A stretch of DNA of 64,000 bases from an uncultured Pseudomonadota bacterium (GCA_963770835.1 CAVYRH010000026.1:32001-96000), one strand, 5' to 3'. Positions 37,634 through 48,244 are shown, counted from the first letter of the stretch. The notes: generated from the sequence alone by a model not told the origin. Numbers and translations: made by a program.

Positions 37634-38596
37634 CTAGGGGATCAGGACGATCTTTCCAAAGGACCCCGGCTGCTGGATTAGTTTGTGGGCCTCAACGGCT
37701 TGATCCAGCGGAAATTCCTTGCCGATGACGGGTTTCAGGGACTTATTTTTAAGCCCGCGAATGAGATCCTTGTGGATTTCGGCTTTTTCCTCCGCCGTGG
37801 CGTTGAAGAGAGTGAAGGCCATAATGGAGCCATCCCGGCCCATCAGGTCGCGGGGGTTGATTTCCACGGGTCCCCGGGAACCGATGACCACCACACGGCC
37901 ATGGAGAGCCAATAGCGGAAGGTCGCGGCCCAAGTTCACGTGGGCGGCCATTTCCAGAATGATGTCCACTCCCTTGCCGCCGGTGATCTCCTTTAAGCTT
38001 TCCAGGTAGGAGGGGTCCTTGTGATTCAAGACTTCCTGGGCCCCCTGTTCCTTGACCAATTGAAGCCCTTGTTCACTCCCGGCCGTCCCGATTACCTTGA
38101 GTTGGGCGGCCCGGGCCAATTGCACGGCGGCGATGCCCACCCCGCCCGAAGCCCCGTGCACCAAGACCGTCTCCCCCTTTTGGGCCTTGGCCTTGCCGAA
38201 GAGGGCCCGATGGGCCGTGGCGTAGGGCACGCCCAAGGCCGCGCCCTGGGCGAAGGAGACATGGGGGGGAAGGGGATGGACATTGGCGGCATCCGCCAGG
38301 CAAAACCGCGCGTAAGTGCCGGTGACCGAGCTTTCGACGTAGACGCGGGCGTCTTGTTTGACCGTTTTAACTCCCAGGCCTACCGCCGCCACCACGCCGG
38401 CCCCGTCCATACCCGGAGTGGCCGGAAGGACGGGCTTGCGGGGATAATTACCTGAAAACATGTAGGCGTCCACCGGATTGACGCCAGCCGCTTCCAGGCG
38501 CACCAATACCTGGTGACGGCCCGGGATCAAATCGGGCACTTCCTCTAATTTCATGACTTCCGGCCCGCCGAATTCCTTTACGAGGATGGCTTTCAT
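37634..38596 (-). CDS. qor: NADPH:quinone reductase (zeta-crystallin/MDR family)
   Basis: FGGPEV, GVNPVD, VLVHGASGGVG, GKIVL. Confidence 0.93.
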   Translation of the reverse strand: MKAILVKEFGGPEVMKLEEVPDLIPGRHQVLVRLEAAGVNPVDAYMFSGNYPRKPVLPATPGMDGAGVVAAVGLGVKTVKQDARVYVESSVTGTYARFCLADAANVHPLPPHVSFAQGAALGVPYATAHRALFGKAKAQKGETVLVHGASGGVGIAAVQLARAAQLKVIGTAGSEQGLQLVKEQGAQEVLNHKDPSYLESLKEITGGKGVDIILEMAAHVNLGRDLPLLALHGRVVVIGSRGPVEINPRDLMGRDGSIMAFTLFNATAEEKAEIHKDLIRGLKNKSLKPVIGKEFPLDQAVEAHKLIQQPGSFGKIVLIP

Positions 38597-38658
38597 GGTT
38601 TTTCTCCTGTCCTGGCAATGGGGTTGAAGATTTTAGGGAGGGATGGAATCAAAAAAAA

Positions 38659-38797
38659 AGCCCCTTCCCGCTGACGCTCATAGGGGAAATTCCCCCTATG
38701 CTACCCCATCCTTAACGGCCAAAGGGGACAGTGTCCCCTTTAGAATCCCGGGGGCGGAAAAAGAAAAAGCCCGCCCCCTCACGGGAACGGGCCTTTA
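38659..38797. repeat. Hairpin cluster and probable terminator of the LysM gene
   Basis: cataggggaaattccccctatg; aaaggggacagtgtccccttt; aaaaagcccg...cgggcct. Confidence 0.6.
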
Positions 38798-38822
38798 GTC
38801 TACTTTTTACCTCATGTTCAAA

Positions 38823-39227
38823 TCAGAAGTAATCCAAGGGCAGGGTTTCCCGCGGCTTGGAGTGAGGCACGAATTTGGGGGTTTTCATGGCCAAATCCTT
38901 CGCATGGGCCACTTCCTCACTGGACAACCCCTTCTGAATCAAGAAGTCCTGCTTGGGGAAGATCAAATCCGGATCCTGGATGCTGTCCCGGTTGGCTTTG
39001 AAGATCAAAGGCCACTGGAAATTATCACTGTAAATATCCGACTTTCCCGCGATTCCCCAAAGCGTATCGTGGTTGACCACGGTGTAATGGTCGGAAGCCA
39101 CTTGCTTGACCGGTTCGGCGGTGGGGACTGCTTTGGGCACTTCGGTTGTTTGGACATTTTTGGTGCCGCAGCCAATCGACAAAGCCGTGACTGCAACTAA
39201 CGCCAAAACGACTTTTAATCGGTTCAT
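38823..39227 (-). CDS. LysM-domain lipoprotein
   Basis: Lipobox SIGC; YTVVNHDTLWGIA...WPLIFKANRDSIQDPDLIFPKQ. Confidence 0.92.
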   Translation of the reverse strand: MNRLKVVLALVAVTALSIGCGTKNVQTTEVPKAVPTAEPVKQVASDHYTVVNHDTLWGIAGKSDIYSDNFQWPLIFKANRDSIQDPDLIFPKQDFLIQKGLSSEEVAHAKDLAMKTPKFVPHSKPRETLPLDYF

Positions 39228-39681
39228 TTTATTTCTCCTTCATTTAGGCGCTTCTGGCCTTAACTTATTTTCATTCCAACTCTTAGGGCGAATCAAGGGG
39301 CTTATGCTTTTAAGGTGCTTATTTTAACAGCAATTTACTGAGAATCCTAAAAAAATAACCCTTTTTAGGGCATGAATCCCTGGTTTCCGCCCTCCCGTCT
39401 GGAATTTGATTCGTAAAACAGCCTTTACATTGGTGTGACCCGCCCCTGGGATAAAAGTTCCAAGATTGCCGCAAAATCTTGTGGAGGGGATTGGCTATCC
39501 TTTTGGGTAAGTTTAAGGGCAGTTTAACAGTAAAACGACCTTCCCTTTTTGAAATGCTTTCTTCTGTATTCACACATAGTAAAAGTGCTAATTTTAAATC
39601 GAAGAAAAACTTACCAGCATTTACTACCGCTTGAAATACGGTTCCAACCTCACTTCAACTTACAACTACCTGGAGGAAAAC

Positions 39682-41784
39682 ATGAACCCGATTCAAGTTA
39701 AAGCCGTGCCCAAAGACCTCAAGACTTCCCTTCCCCAGCTCATCCGGGATCTCAAAGCCGCTTTGAGTTACGTTTCGTTTTATTCCAGCGATAGTCCCTT
39801 CGTGGTCCAAGCCGTGACGAAATCCCACCGAAGCCTCCAGAAGTTCCTGGATGGCTGCGGTCCCCTTATCCTCCGGGCGAAGCAGGGGAAAATGTTTTTC
39901 AACGACGTCGATATTTCCGATCTCGATGACCTTGTCAAAATTTTCCAGGATAAGAATATTCCAGGTGTCCAGTTCCTCGGTGGCCTCACCACCCATGAAG
40001 TGACTTCCTGGATGAAACAAATCACCCTCCCCATCAATGATGCCAATGGGATAACCGGGGATTTCGCCCACATCCAACCCATCCCCCAGGACGCCGAGAT
40101 CGTTATTTGGAAGGAAGAAATCCCCACACCCTCCGGGCCGGTTTTAGTAGGTAATTTGGTTTCTCCTTCCAATACGGTGGAAATGCCGACCATGGAGTCC
40201 ACCGAACAAACGGTAGCGGCTCCGTTTAATCCGGACGGAGGGAATTTGAGCGAAAGCTTCCTGAACCGGATGTCGGCCGAACCCGCTCCCGGGGTCGGCA
40301 CCCAGGCCCAGGAGACCCTTTTAAGCTTCGTGGCTGAAGCCTGGCAACATTCCCAACTGCAAAAGAAAAATATCAGCGCCTCACCGGAAATGGCCGCCCT
40401 GACCCAGTCCTTTGACCAGCTCTTTGACCGGCTTTTGGACCGGATGGAAAAATCCTCCCCCGAATTCTCCAATATCCGCCAGTGGTTCAACACCCCCCAG
40501 GGCCGTCTTTTGGATAACCAAGTCGCGTCCTCCATGATTCCTTTAATGGAAGCGGCGATCCAAAACGGCTGGACGGCGGTGCTTTTCGACCCGGCCACGG
40601 AGGGACTGGTGGGGGAGTGCCTGGCCTATTGGGGCGCCAACGGGAAAGAGGAATTGGTGGAAAAAACCGTCGACTGCCTGGCCGACCGGCTGACCGCTGG
40701 CGACCCCTTGGAAAAGCAAACCGCGCTGGCCCATTTGATGGATGCCCGGCCCTGGGTACGAAACGCCGGCCTGCTCCGGAAAGTTTTGGACGGGTTGAAC
40801 CGGCTTTTGGCCGAAGAGACGGAGCCCGGCCTCTATCAAACGGCACTTCTTTTGGCTTGGGACCTTTTGGGACCCGCATTGGCCGGGGGCGGCGAGGAGT
40901 CGGCATTGAACCTTCTGTCCACCCTGCATTTTCACGCCGACGAGGAATCCGCCACCTTCCCTGAACGCCCCCGCATCGCGTATCACTGGCTTTTCGAAAG
41001 ATCCACGCCCGACTTGGTCCGCCACTTAGTTTATTGCGCCTCCAAGGCAGGGCGGTTGAAACAGTACCCCCTCCTGGGGGAAATAGCGGCGCCCCTTTTG
41101 GTGGAAGGGTTCCTGGCCGCGCCGGCCACCGAGAAAAGCGGGTACTTGTGGCTTTTTAATGAGATGAGAGAACCCCTCCGTTCCGTCCTGACCGAGCGCC
41201 TGGCCGACGCCGAGAGCGAAGAGGACGTCCGGAACATGATTCCCATCCTGCGGGTTTGCGGCTTGGATCCGGCCCTTTCACTCCAGCTTTCGGCTTGGCT
41301 TTCCAGGGGAAGCCGTGAGCTCAAATTAAACCTTTTGGAAGTCATCGAGGAAGTGGGGGATCCGGGCGGTGGACCCGCCTTGAGGCTGGCCCTTTTCGAC
41401 GACTCGGAGGAAATCGCCGCCATGGCGGCGAGGATCATCGGTAAGATCCAGTTTTTGCCCGGGCTCACGGTACTGCTCAAGGCCGCCAAGATCCGGGGGG
41501 GACGCTATCCCCAGAACGACGAATTCCTGATTGCCGTTTGCCGGTCCCTGGGCGACCTAGCCGCCCCGGAGGGAGTTCCCTTCTTGGAGGATATCGCCCG
41601 CAAAAAACCTCTCCTGCGGGGCAAAAATTTCTCCCTGCCCGTCAGGTTGGAAGCCGTCGAAGCCCTGTCCAAAGTCAACCAACCGAAAGTGTGGAGCTTC
41701 CTAGGTTCCTTGATGGAAGAGAAAAACCCGACCCTGCAGGAAGCCCTGGACCGGATCATTCACGAGAAAATGCAAAAGCTCTAA
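39682..41784 (+). CDS. HEAT/PBS-repeat protein
   Basis: GGAGG RBS; CRSLGDL, VRLEAVEAL; paralog of 32344-34599. Confidence 0.85.
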   Translation: MNPIQVKAVPKDLKTSLPQLIRDLKAALSYVSFYSSDSPFVVQAVTKSHRSLQKFLDGCGPLILRAKQGKMFFNDVDISDLDDLVKIFQDKNIPGVQFLGGLTTHEVTSWMKQITLPINDANGITGDFAHIQPIPQDAEIVIWKEEIPTPSGPVLVGNLVSPSNTVEMPTMESTEQTVAAPFNPDGGNLSESFLNRMSAEPAPGVGTQAQETLLSFVAEAWQHSQLQKKNISASPEMAALTQSFDQLFDRLLDRMEKSSPEFSNIRQWFNTPQGRLLDNQVASSMIPLMEAAIQNGWTAVLFDPATEGLVGECLAYWGANGKEELVEKTVDCLADRLTAGDPLEKQTALAHLMDARPWVRNAGLLRKVLDGLNRLLAEETEPGLYQTALLLAWDLLGPALAGGGEESALNLLSTLHFHADEESATFPERPRIAYHWLFERSTPDLVRHLVYCASKAGRLKQYPLLGEIAAPLLVEGFLAAPATEKSGYLWLFNEMREPLRSVLTERLADAESEEDVRNMIPILRVCGLDPALSLQLSAWLSRGSRELKLNLLEVIEEVGDPGGGPALRLALFDDSEEIAAMAARIIGKIQFLPGLTVLLKAAKIRGGRYPQNDEFLIAVCRSLGDLAAPEGVPFLEDIARKKPLLRGKNFSLPVRLEAVEALSKVNQPKVWSFLGSLMEEKNPTLQEALDRIIHEKMQKL

Positions 41785-41836
41785 AGGTTAGGAGGTGGGC
41801 GGGAAAAGGCCCCCACCGGTTCCTAACCCCCAAAAA

Positions 41837-41889
41837 GGGTCACGCCAGTGGAAGCGACGCCCAATGCTTCCCCTGGCGTTTTTTTTATT
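41837..41889 (+). terminator. Putative terminator between convergent genes
   Basis: acgccag-tggaagc...gcttcc-cctggcgt followed by a T-tract. Confidence 0.65.
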
Positions 41890-41893
41890 GGGT

Positions 41894-42967
41894 TTAGAAG
41901 AGGGATAACTGGTCCGGGGAAACCGCCGCGAAGGACCGCTTTTTTCGTCCCAGGCCCTTCCCGCTTTCCATGGATAAAGATGGGGATGGAACCGGGCTTA
42001 AAGCCGGCTTCGGTTCTTCAAAGGGGGGTGGAGAAACCGGCGAAACCGCGGAGACGGGTTGGGCCTGCGGTACGGGTGAACTTTTTCCATTTCCCGGCTT
42101 GCTGGACATCCCCGGGGCGAGAGCGGCTCCGGCTTCGGCGTTCTTCTTCCGGTTTTCCACCCATTTTTGCCCGTCGGAGCAAACGGTCAGGTACTCGCAC
42201 CATTGGCAGAGCACGCCGGTCTTGGTCGGGAAGCTCTTGGACTTCTCGATCGTCTCGATCTTGGAAATGTACCTTTCCTTGAGCCGCTCGATCTCCTTGG
42301 GGTTCCTTTCCCCCACGACCTGGTCCTTCTCAAAAGCCACGAAATGCCAGATCAGCTTTACCTTTTCCTTGGGCCCATAGTTCGGGTTTTGGGCGAGGCC
42401 GACCTGGTAGAGGGCCAATTGATCCTCGGTTTTGGCGTCCTCCTCCGAAAACTTTCGCGAGCTGGTTTTGTAGTCATGGATCCAGAGGGTGCCTTCGCTG
42501 TCGCGCCCCACCCGGTCGATAAAACCCTGCATTTTGTACTCGCCCTTGGCGTCCAGCTTAAAGGCCACTCTCAGCTCAATGCCCTCGGTTTGGTCCTGGT
42601 CGAATGGATGATATTGGTGGTAATAGTTCTCGGTGAAAAGCAGGCCTTTCTGGAAGTAATCCTCCACCGTGGGACCCTCCTGCACGATCCGCAGGGGTTC
42701 CTTGAAACCCTTCTCTTTTTGCTTTTGAAGGGCGCCCTGAAAATGGGCGCCCCAGTGTTTTTTAAAGTAATCCACGAGTTCGTTCACGGTGGGTATCCGC
42801 AGGGGGATTTGCTGGTAGAGAAATTCCATTGTCTCATGGAAACGGGAACCCAGGAAAAGCTCGATCCCCTCCGGGGCCGGGGAAGGACGCCGCTCGATGT
42901 AGCGGAACTGGAATTGGGCGGGGCAGGTAAAGAAGGTGTTGATGCGGGAGTAAGAATAAATCGGCAT
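41894..42967 (-). CDS. PD-(D/E)XK RecB-family (Cas4/AddB-like) nuclease with 4-Cys motif
   Basis: SYSRI..F.TCP; G..FHE; GFIDRV; IHDYKT; QLALY; CQWCEYLTVC. Confidence 0.9.
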   Translation of the reverse strand: MPIYSYSRINTFFTCPAQFQFRYIERRPSPAPEGIELFLGSRFHETMEFLYQQIPLRIPTVNELVDYFKKHWGAHFQGALQKQKEKGFKEPLRIVQEGPTVEDYFQKGLLFTENYYHQYHPFDQDQTEGIELRVAFKLDAKGEYKMQGFIDRVGRDSEGTLWIHDYKTSSRKFSEEDAKTEDQLALYQVGLAQNPNYGPKEKVKLIWHFVAFEKDQVVGERNPKEIERLKERYISKIETIEKSKSFPTKTGVLCQWCEYLTVCSDGQKWVENRKKNAEAGAALAPGMSSKPGNGKSSPVPQAQPVSAVSPVSPPPFEEPKPALSPVPSPSLSMESGKGLGRKKRSFAAVSPDQLSLF

Positions 42968-43019
42968 GGACTAATTATAAACAACCCCGATGTAAAAACA
43001 GCCCTTTTTACCCAAAATT

Positions 43020-43490
43020 TTAATTAAGTCTTTGGATCAGGTGGCAGATGCCGTCGGCCAGGTAAAGCTGCAACTGCGCCTTGCGGTCCGACCAGACATA
43101 AACCTGGCCGTCCCAGCGGCGGTGATAGGAAGGCTCCCAAAGCTTCTTCGTCCAGTTTTCCAGCAGTTCCTTTTCCTTGGCCTCGGTCATGCTGGATTGG
43201 TAGCGCCATTCCACCTGGTGAAGGATTTTGGTCCTGGTATCGAAAAAAAAGTAAAGGCCGGTAACGGCCGGGTCGTGGCTGATGCCGCGGTAGACGATGT
43301 CCGAACCGGTGCTCATGGCTTCGTCCACCAGAAGGGGCTTGTCGGAGTAGAGGAACCATTGCTGCTTGATGTCCTCCAGGGAAGAACCCAGGGTCAGGTC
43401 CTCCACCACCTGCAGCTTGGAAAGGCCGCGGTCCGCCAGGTTGCAGCCCGCGAGGAATAAAAATAAAGATAGGGTGGCCAGTCGGCGCAT
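43020..43490 (-). CDS. Hypothetical lipoprotein
   Basis: MRRLATLSLFLFLAGC lipobox. Confidence 0.8.
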   Translation of the reverse strand: MRRLATLSLFLFLAGCNLADRGLSKLQVVEDLTLGSSLEDIKQQWFLYSDKPLLVDEAMSTGSDIVYRGISHDPAVTGLYFFFDTRTKILHQVEWRYQSSMTEAKEKELLENWTKKLWEPSYHRRWDGQVYVWSDRKAQLQLYLADGICHLIQRLN

Positions 43491-43674
43491 GCCGACCTTT
43501 TTTCGTGAAGCGAGGGGACAAAGAGGTCGGTATAGCACCGATTTCATTGTTGGAATTGTCAAAAATGAGAATCGGCGCATGAAATTTCCACCTCCGCGAA
43601 AAAACATCATACCTCTTTTTTCCACCATGGGCTTTTGTTAAAGTGACGCCTCGCCCGACACCCAAAGGAAAGCC

Positions 43675-45408
43675 ATGACCCTCTTGAACCCCCAAACCTT
43701 GCCGCACGATTTTCCCCGTCGTTACGTCCCACAAGGCACCGACTTAGGCCGTTGGGATTCGGTAGAACCTCTCTTTAAAGAACTGGAAGACCGGCCCCTT
43801 CGTTCACCGGACGACCTGAAAAAGTGGCTTGATGACATGGGCGAGTTTTACGACTGTCTCAACGAAGAAGGCTCCCTCCGCTATATCCGCATGACCTGCA
43901 AGACGGATGATCCCGAAATCGAAAAAGCATACCTGGATTACCTCGAAAAGGTCTCCGAGCCCAGCAAGCCCCGCTTCTTCGCCTTGTCCAAAAAATACTG
44001 GGACTGCCCTTTCCGGAGATCCCTCCCCGAAAAGGAATTTTTTCTCTTCAACCGATCGGTCGAAAACGATTTGGCCCTCTACCGGGAGGAAAACATCCCC
44101 CTGGAAACGGAAGTCGAGAAGCTTTCCCAGCAATTCCAGAAACTCAGCGGTTCCATGATGGTGAATTACGACGGCCAAGAGCAGACCCTCCAGCAAATGG
44201 GCCGCTATTTGGAACTGCCCGACCGGAAAAAAAGGGAGGAAGCCTGGCGCCTCAGCGGGGAACGCCGCTTGAAAGAGAAGGACAACTTCGAGGACTTATT
44301 CGACCAAATGCTGAAAATCCGCGTGCAAACCGCCCAGAACGCCGGCTTCGGCAATTACCGCGATTACGCTTTTAAGCGCAAGGAACGCTTTGATTACGGT
44401 CCCGCCGATTGCGAGGCCTTCCATGAATGCGCCGAGAAGGCCATCAAACCCTTGGTGGCCAAGATCCAGGAAAAACGCCGCAAAAAAATGGGCCTTCCGG
44501 CGCTACGCCCCTGGGACCTTTTGGTGGACCCGGAGGGGCTTGCCCCCTTGAAGCCATTCGAAAAGGCCGAAGACCTTATCGGGAAATGCCAAACCATCCT
44601 TTCGAAAATAGATCCCAATTTTGGGAAAAACTTAGCGACCATGAAAAACCTGGGCCTATTGGACCTGGAATCCCGCAGGGGCAAGGCGCCCGGCGGGTAC
44701 CAGAGTGATTTATCCGAGGTCCGCATCCCCTTTATCTTCGCGAACGCCGTGGGCCTGGACCACGATGTGCGCACCCTTCTGCATGAAAGCGGCCATGCCA
44801 TGCACAGTTTCGCCACCCGGAACATCGCCTTCTCCGCCTACCGGCACGCGCCGATGGAATTCTGCGAAGTGGCCTCCATGAGCATGGAATTGATGGCCGA
44901 TCCCTACCTCGGCGAGTTTTACGCCGATGCGAAGGAGGCCGCCCGTTCCACCATTAGGCACCTGGAGGACGTGATCGTGCTCTTGCCCTGGATCGCCACC
45001 GTGGACGCCTTCCAGCATTGGATCTACACCCATCCGGACCATAGCCGGAAAGAAAGGGCCGATTATTGGCTGGAGCTGCGCAAACGCCTGGGAGGCATTG
45101 AGGATTGGAGCGGCCTAGAGGAAGTGCAAGCCCACTTGTGGCACCGCCAATTGCACATCTTCGAATATCCCTTTTATTACATCGAATACGGCATCGCCCA
45201 ACTGGGCGCGCTTCAGGTTTGGAAGAATTTTCGGAAAGATAAGAGCGAGGGAGTCCGGCTTTACAAGCAGGGGCTTTCCGTGGGCGGAACCCAGATTTTA
45301 CCTGAAATTTTCAAATCCGCCGGTATCCGGTTTGACTTTAGCCTGAAAATGATCGAGCCGTTGATGAAGGAAGTGGAACAGGAATTGGAAAGCCTTGATC
45401 GTAATTAA
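43675..45408 (+). CDS. pepF: M3-family oligoendopeptidase F
   Basis: GKAPGGY, HESGHAMH, EVASMSME, PFYYIEY. Confidence 0.93.
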   Translation: MTLLNPQTLPHDFPRRYVPQGTDLGRWDSVEPLFKELEDRPLRSPDDLKKWLDDMGEFYDCLNEEGSLRYIRMTCKTDDPEIEKAYLDYLEKVSEPSKPRFFALSKKYWDCPFRRSLPEKEFFLFNRSVENDLALYREENIPLETEVEKLSQQFQKLSGSMMVNYDGQEQTLQQMGRYLELPDRKKREEAWRLSGERRLKEKDNFEDLFDQMLKIRVQTAQNAGFGNYRDYAFKRKERFDYGPADCEAFHECAEKAIKPLVAKIQEKRRKKMGLPALRPWDLLVDPEGLAPLKPFEKAEDLIGKCQTILSKIDPNFGKNLATMKNLGLLDLESRRGKAPGGYQSDLSEVRIPFIFANAVGLDHDVRTLLHESGHAMHSFATRNIAFSAYRHAPMEFCEVASMSMELMADPYLGEFYADAKEAARSTIRHLEDVIVLLPWIATVDAFQHWIYTHPDHSRKERADYWLELRKRLGGIEDWSGLEEVQAHLWHRQLHIFEYPFYYIEYGIAQLGALQVWKNFRKDKSEGVRLYKQGLSVGGTQILPEIFKSAGIRFDFSLKMIEPLMKEVEQELESLDRN

Positions 45409-45447
45409 ATCCTCCGATGACTATTCCAGAAAGCTAGGAGGGATGGA

Positions 45448-46344
45448 ATGAAATTTCGAACCGGAGTGTTTGTGGTTTTGTGCTGGACGTTGGGTTGGGG
45501 CGGGGCCCGGGCCCAGGAGGCCTCCCCTGCGCCCGAATCCGCCATGGCCACCCTGCCGAAGCCGGCTCATATCGTCCTGGTCATGGAGGAGAACCGGAGT
45601 TTCGATGAAATCCTGGGTCCCCAAGGCAAGAAGTCCCAGCCTTTTCTCAACCGCCTGGCCGAGGAAGGGGCCAATATGATGAAATCCTTCGCGGTGGGCC
45701 ACGACAGTGAGATGAACTACATGGCCCTTTTTTCCGGCGACCCCTACACCCAATTCAAGACGGAGAAGGACAATTGCCCCGTGGACGTGGGCAACGCCCC
45801 CAACATGGCAGCCTCCCTCCTGGCGGCGGGTTACGGCTTCGCGGCTTACTCCGAGGACCTGCCCTCCATGGGCGCTACTGTCTGCCGGTCGGGAAAATAT
45901 GTCCGTAAGCACTGCCCTTGGGTCAATTTCCAGGTGGGTGGCAATGTGCCGGTGACCTGCAACCTGCCTTTCACCGCATTCCCCAAAGATTTCAGCGCCC
46001 TGCCCACGGTGGCCTGGGTGGTTCCCAACAAGAACAACGACATGCACGACGGCACGCCCCAACAAGGGGACGCCTGGCTGAAAGAAAACCTGGCCGCCTA
46101 TGTGGATTGGTGCAAAGATCCTTCTAACAACAGCCTCCTTATCATCCAATGGGATGAGGACGACAAGAAGACTTCAGCCAACCAGATCCCCACGATTTTT
46201 TACGGTGGATTGGTACACCCAGGAAAATACAAAGAAACCATCAACCATTACAGCGTCCTTCGAACCCTGCTGGACATGTACGGCATCCCGTCCATGGGCA
46301 AGGCGGCGGAAGCGGCGCCGATCACGGATATCTTCAGGAAGTAG
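45448..46344 (+). CDS. Secreted acid phosphatase/phosphoesterase (SapM-like)
   Basis: HIVLVMEENRS, Y.RKH.PW, NDMHDG, WDEDD, NHYSVLRT. Confidence 0.88.
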   Translation: MKFRTGVFVVLCWTLGWGGARAQEASPAPESAMATLPKPAHIVLVMEENRSFDEILGPQGKKSQPFLNRLAEEGANMMKSFAVGHDSEMNYMALFSGDPYTQFKTEKDNCPVDVGNAPNMAASLLAAGYGFAAYSEDLPSMGATVCRSGKYVRKHCPWVNFQVGGNVPVTCNLPFTAFPKDFSALPTVAWVVPNKNNDMHDGTPQQGDAWLKENLAAYVDWCKDPSNNSLLIIQWDEDDKKTSANQIPTIFYGGLVHPGKYKETINHYSVLRTLLDMYGIPSMGKAAEAAPITDIFRK

Positions 46345-46369
46345 GCCGGACCCTAACCCCTACCGGTTC

Positions 46370-47104
46370 CTACAACTTCAGTGATAGTTCCAAGGTTCCG
46401 GGGCCAGCCGAGATCTTCACGTCCTTGGGCGCATATACTACCGCATTGCCGATCACAATCCCCAAGGTGGCACCCGCGATCGTGTCAGACAGGTAATGGT
46501 GATAGCCCTCCACCCGGGAAAAGGCCGTCACCGTACCCAGGACGTAGGCTTCCACCCCCGCCTGCAAGCCCCAATATTTCATGACGACGGGAGCGATGCA
46601 AAAAGCCGTGATGCTGTGCCCCGAGGGGAAGGAAAGATTGTTGGAGCCGTCGGGCCGCTCCCGCCCCACGGGATATTTCAAGGCCGTCACCACCACTGTG
46701 GCGTCCACAAGGGCTTCGGCGGCGTCCCGGCCGAATTCCTGGACTTTCAGATTGTTCGTCAGGGAGCCGATGCCCCAACTTCCCAGGGCCGCGCCGCCTT
46801 CCACCCATCCTTCACCGTAAAAGTCGCCGAAGTTAAAAATAGGCTGGGTGTGCCAGCCTTGGAGATAGGCGGCTAAAGCATCCTGGTGGTCCAGGGTCGT
46901 CCAATCCAGGGCTGTGGCGACGCTTCCCACGGCAAAAGGGGCAATATTGTCACTGGTGAAAAGGTTCGGCAGGTCATCGACGAGCTTGACGGGAAAATGG
47001 GCTAGGGAAGTGTCCGAATCCGGCGAGGTCCAGTCCCCACCCCAAGCCGGCGATAAAAAGAGAAAAATCAGTAAGGCCGGAAGAAGGGTTCTGCCGTTCA
47101 GCAA
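46370..47104 (-). CDS. PAP2-family phosphatase
   Basis: KYPVGRERP, SFPSGH, SRV..YHHYLSD. Confidence 0.9.
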   Translation of the reverse strand: MLNGRTLLPALLIFLFLSPAWGGDWTSPDSDTSLAHFPVKLVDDLPNLFTSDNIAPFAVGSVATALDWTTLDHQDALAAYLQGWHTQPIFNFGDFYGEGWVEGGAALGSWGIGSLTNNLKVQEFGRDAAEALVDATVVVTALKYPVGRERPDGSNNLSFPSGHSITAFCIAPVVMKYWGLQAGVEAYVLGTVTAFSRVEGYHHYLSDTIAGATLGIVIGNAVVYAPKDVKISAGPGTLELSLKL

Positions 47105-47598
47105 ACTTGGTCGTTTTTGGAGGAAATTCCGGGTTTGAATTTCTTATATGCCCAAACGCCCACCCCGATTCCAATAACGGTCGCGAAGGCGATCAGTTTG
47201 CCCTCGCCGATTTGGGTCAGGGAGGTTCCAGGGCAGGTCCCGGCCAAGGCCCATCCGGCCCCGAAAAGGAAGGCTCCCGCCAGGCGGTTGGGATCCCACT
47301 TCAGGGGTTCCAAATCCAGCTTTTGGCCGGAATAGTCCTTGTTTCCACCGCGCCGTAGGAGGAAAAGGCCCAGGCTGACCACGGCCACCGCTACCAGGAT
47401 CACGCCGTACAACTGGAACTCACGGCAGCGGAACATGGCGACGATGCTGTCGTAATCCGTGGCGCGGGACTTGGAGAGGAAATAACCGAAAAGAATCCCG
47501 AAGGCGATGTAGGGAAAGGCGTTTTCGGTGGCCGAAACCTTGGAGGACTTCCGGCGGGTTAATTTAGGTGCCGCTTTACGGGATTTACGAAGGGCCAT
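47098..47598 (-). CDS. YeeE/YedE sulphur-transport family protein
   Basis: LFGAGWALAGTCPGT. Confidence 0.88.
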   Translation of the reverse strand: MALRKSRKAAPKLTRRKSSKVSATENAFPYIAFGILFGYFLSKSRATDYDSIVAMFRCREFQLYGVILVAVAVVSLGLFLLRRGGNKDYSGQKLDLEPLKWDPNRLAGAFLFGAGWALAGTCPGTSLTQIGEGKLIAFATVIGIGVGVWAYKKFKPGISSKNDQVC

Positions 47599-48128
47599 TA
47601 GAACACCGCCTTATAAAGGATATTGGTCACCAGGATTCCCGCCGCCAGGAAGGCGAGGGTGGCCAGGATGGACATCTTACTGCCCAGGGAAACCCCCATG
47701 ATGGTGTTGCCGCTGGTGCAGCCACCCGCCCACCGGGCACCGAAACCGATCAGGAACCCACTCACCAACAGCCAAAGGATCTTGTAAATCAAGCTTCCAA
47801 AAGTGATTCCGTCCAATTGGCCGTAAAGCCAGGTCCAGCTCCAATGGCCGATATTGGCCAGGAGGCCGCCCAAGGGGAGGCCCAGGATGAACCAAAGCTT
47901 CCAGTTGGAAGGGGAAAGCTGGAAAGCGGAGTCCTTCGTGACGATGGAACAGGCGTCCTCAAATCCGCCGGTCACCCCTAGGCGTTTTCCCGTGAACCAA
48001 GCCAGCCCCACCGCCGTCAACCCCAGCCCCAAGCCGGCGGCCCACCAGGACCAGGTTTGGGAGAAAAGCAGATGGGACAAATTTTCCAGGAAAACCTGGA
48101 AATGAGAGGGTTGTGCCGCTGGGTTCAA
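47598..48128 (-). CDS. YeeE/YedE sulphur-transport family protein
   Basis: GFGARWAGGCTSGN; TTG start after AGGAGG. Confidence 0.9.
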   Translation of the reverse strand: MNPAAQPSHFQVFLENLSHLLFSQTWSWWAAGLGLGLTAVGLAWFTGKRLGVTGGFEDACSIVTKDSAFQLSPSNWKLWFILGLPLGGLLANIGHWSWTWLYGQLDGITFGSLIYKILWLLVSGFLIGFGARWAGGCTSGNTIMGVSLGSKMSILATLAFLAAGILVTNILYKAVF

Positions 48129-48244
48129 TTGAGACCTCCTTCAAGAGATTGCGCCCATTGTACCGCGATTTCAAAAACGTCCAACAAAAAGGCTTTCACC
48201 ATGGACTGGTTGCGCCAAGGGGGACCAATTTTAGATTAGAATCT

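Noticed and set aside
39228..39681. Riboswitch or ncRNA in the long divergent intergenic region
   Set aside because: No conserved riboswitch motif recognised by eye; an Rfam/Infernal scan would be decisive
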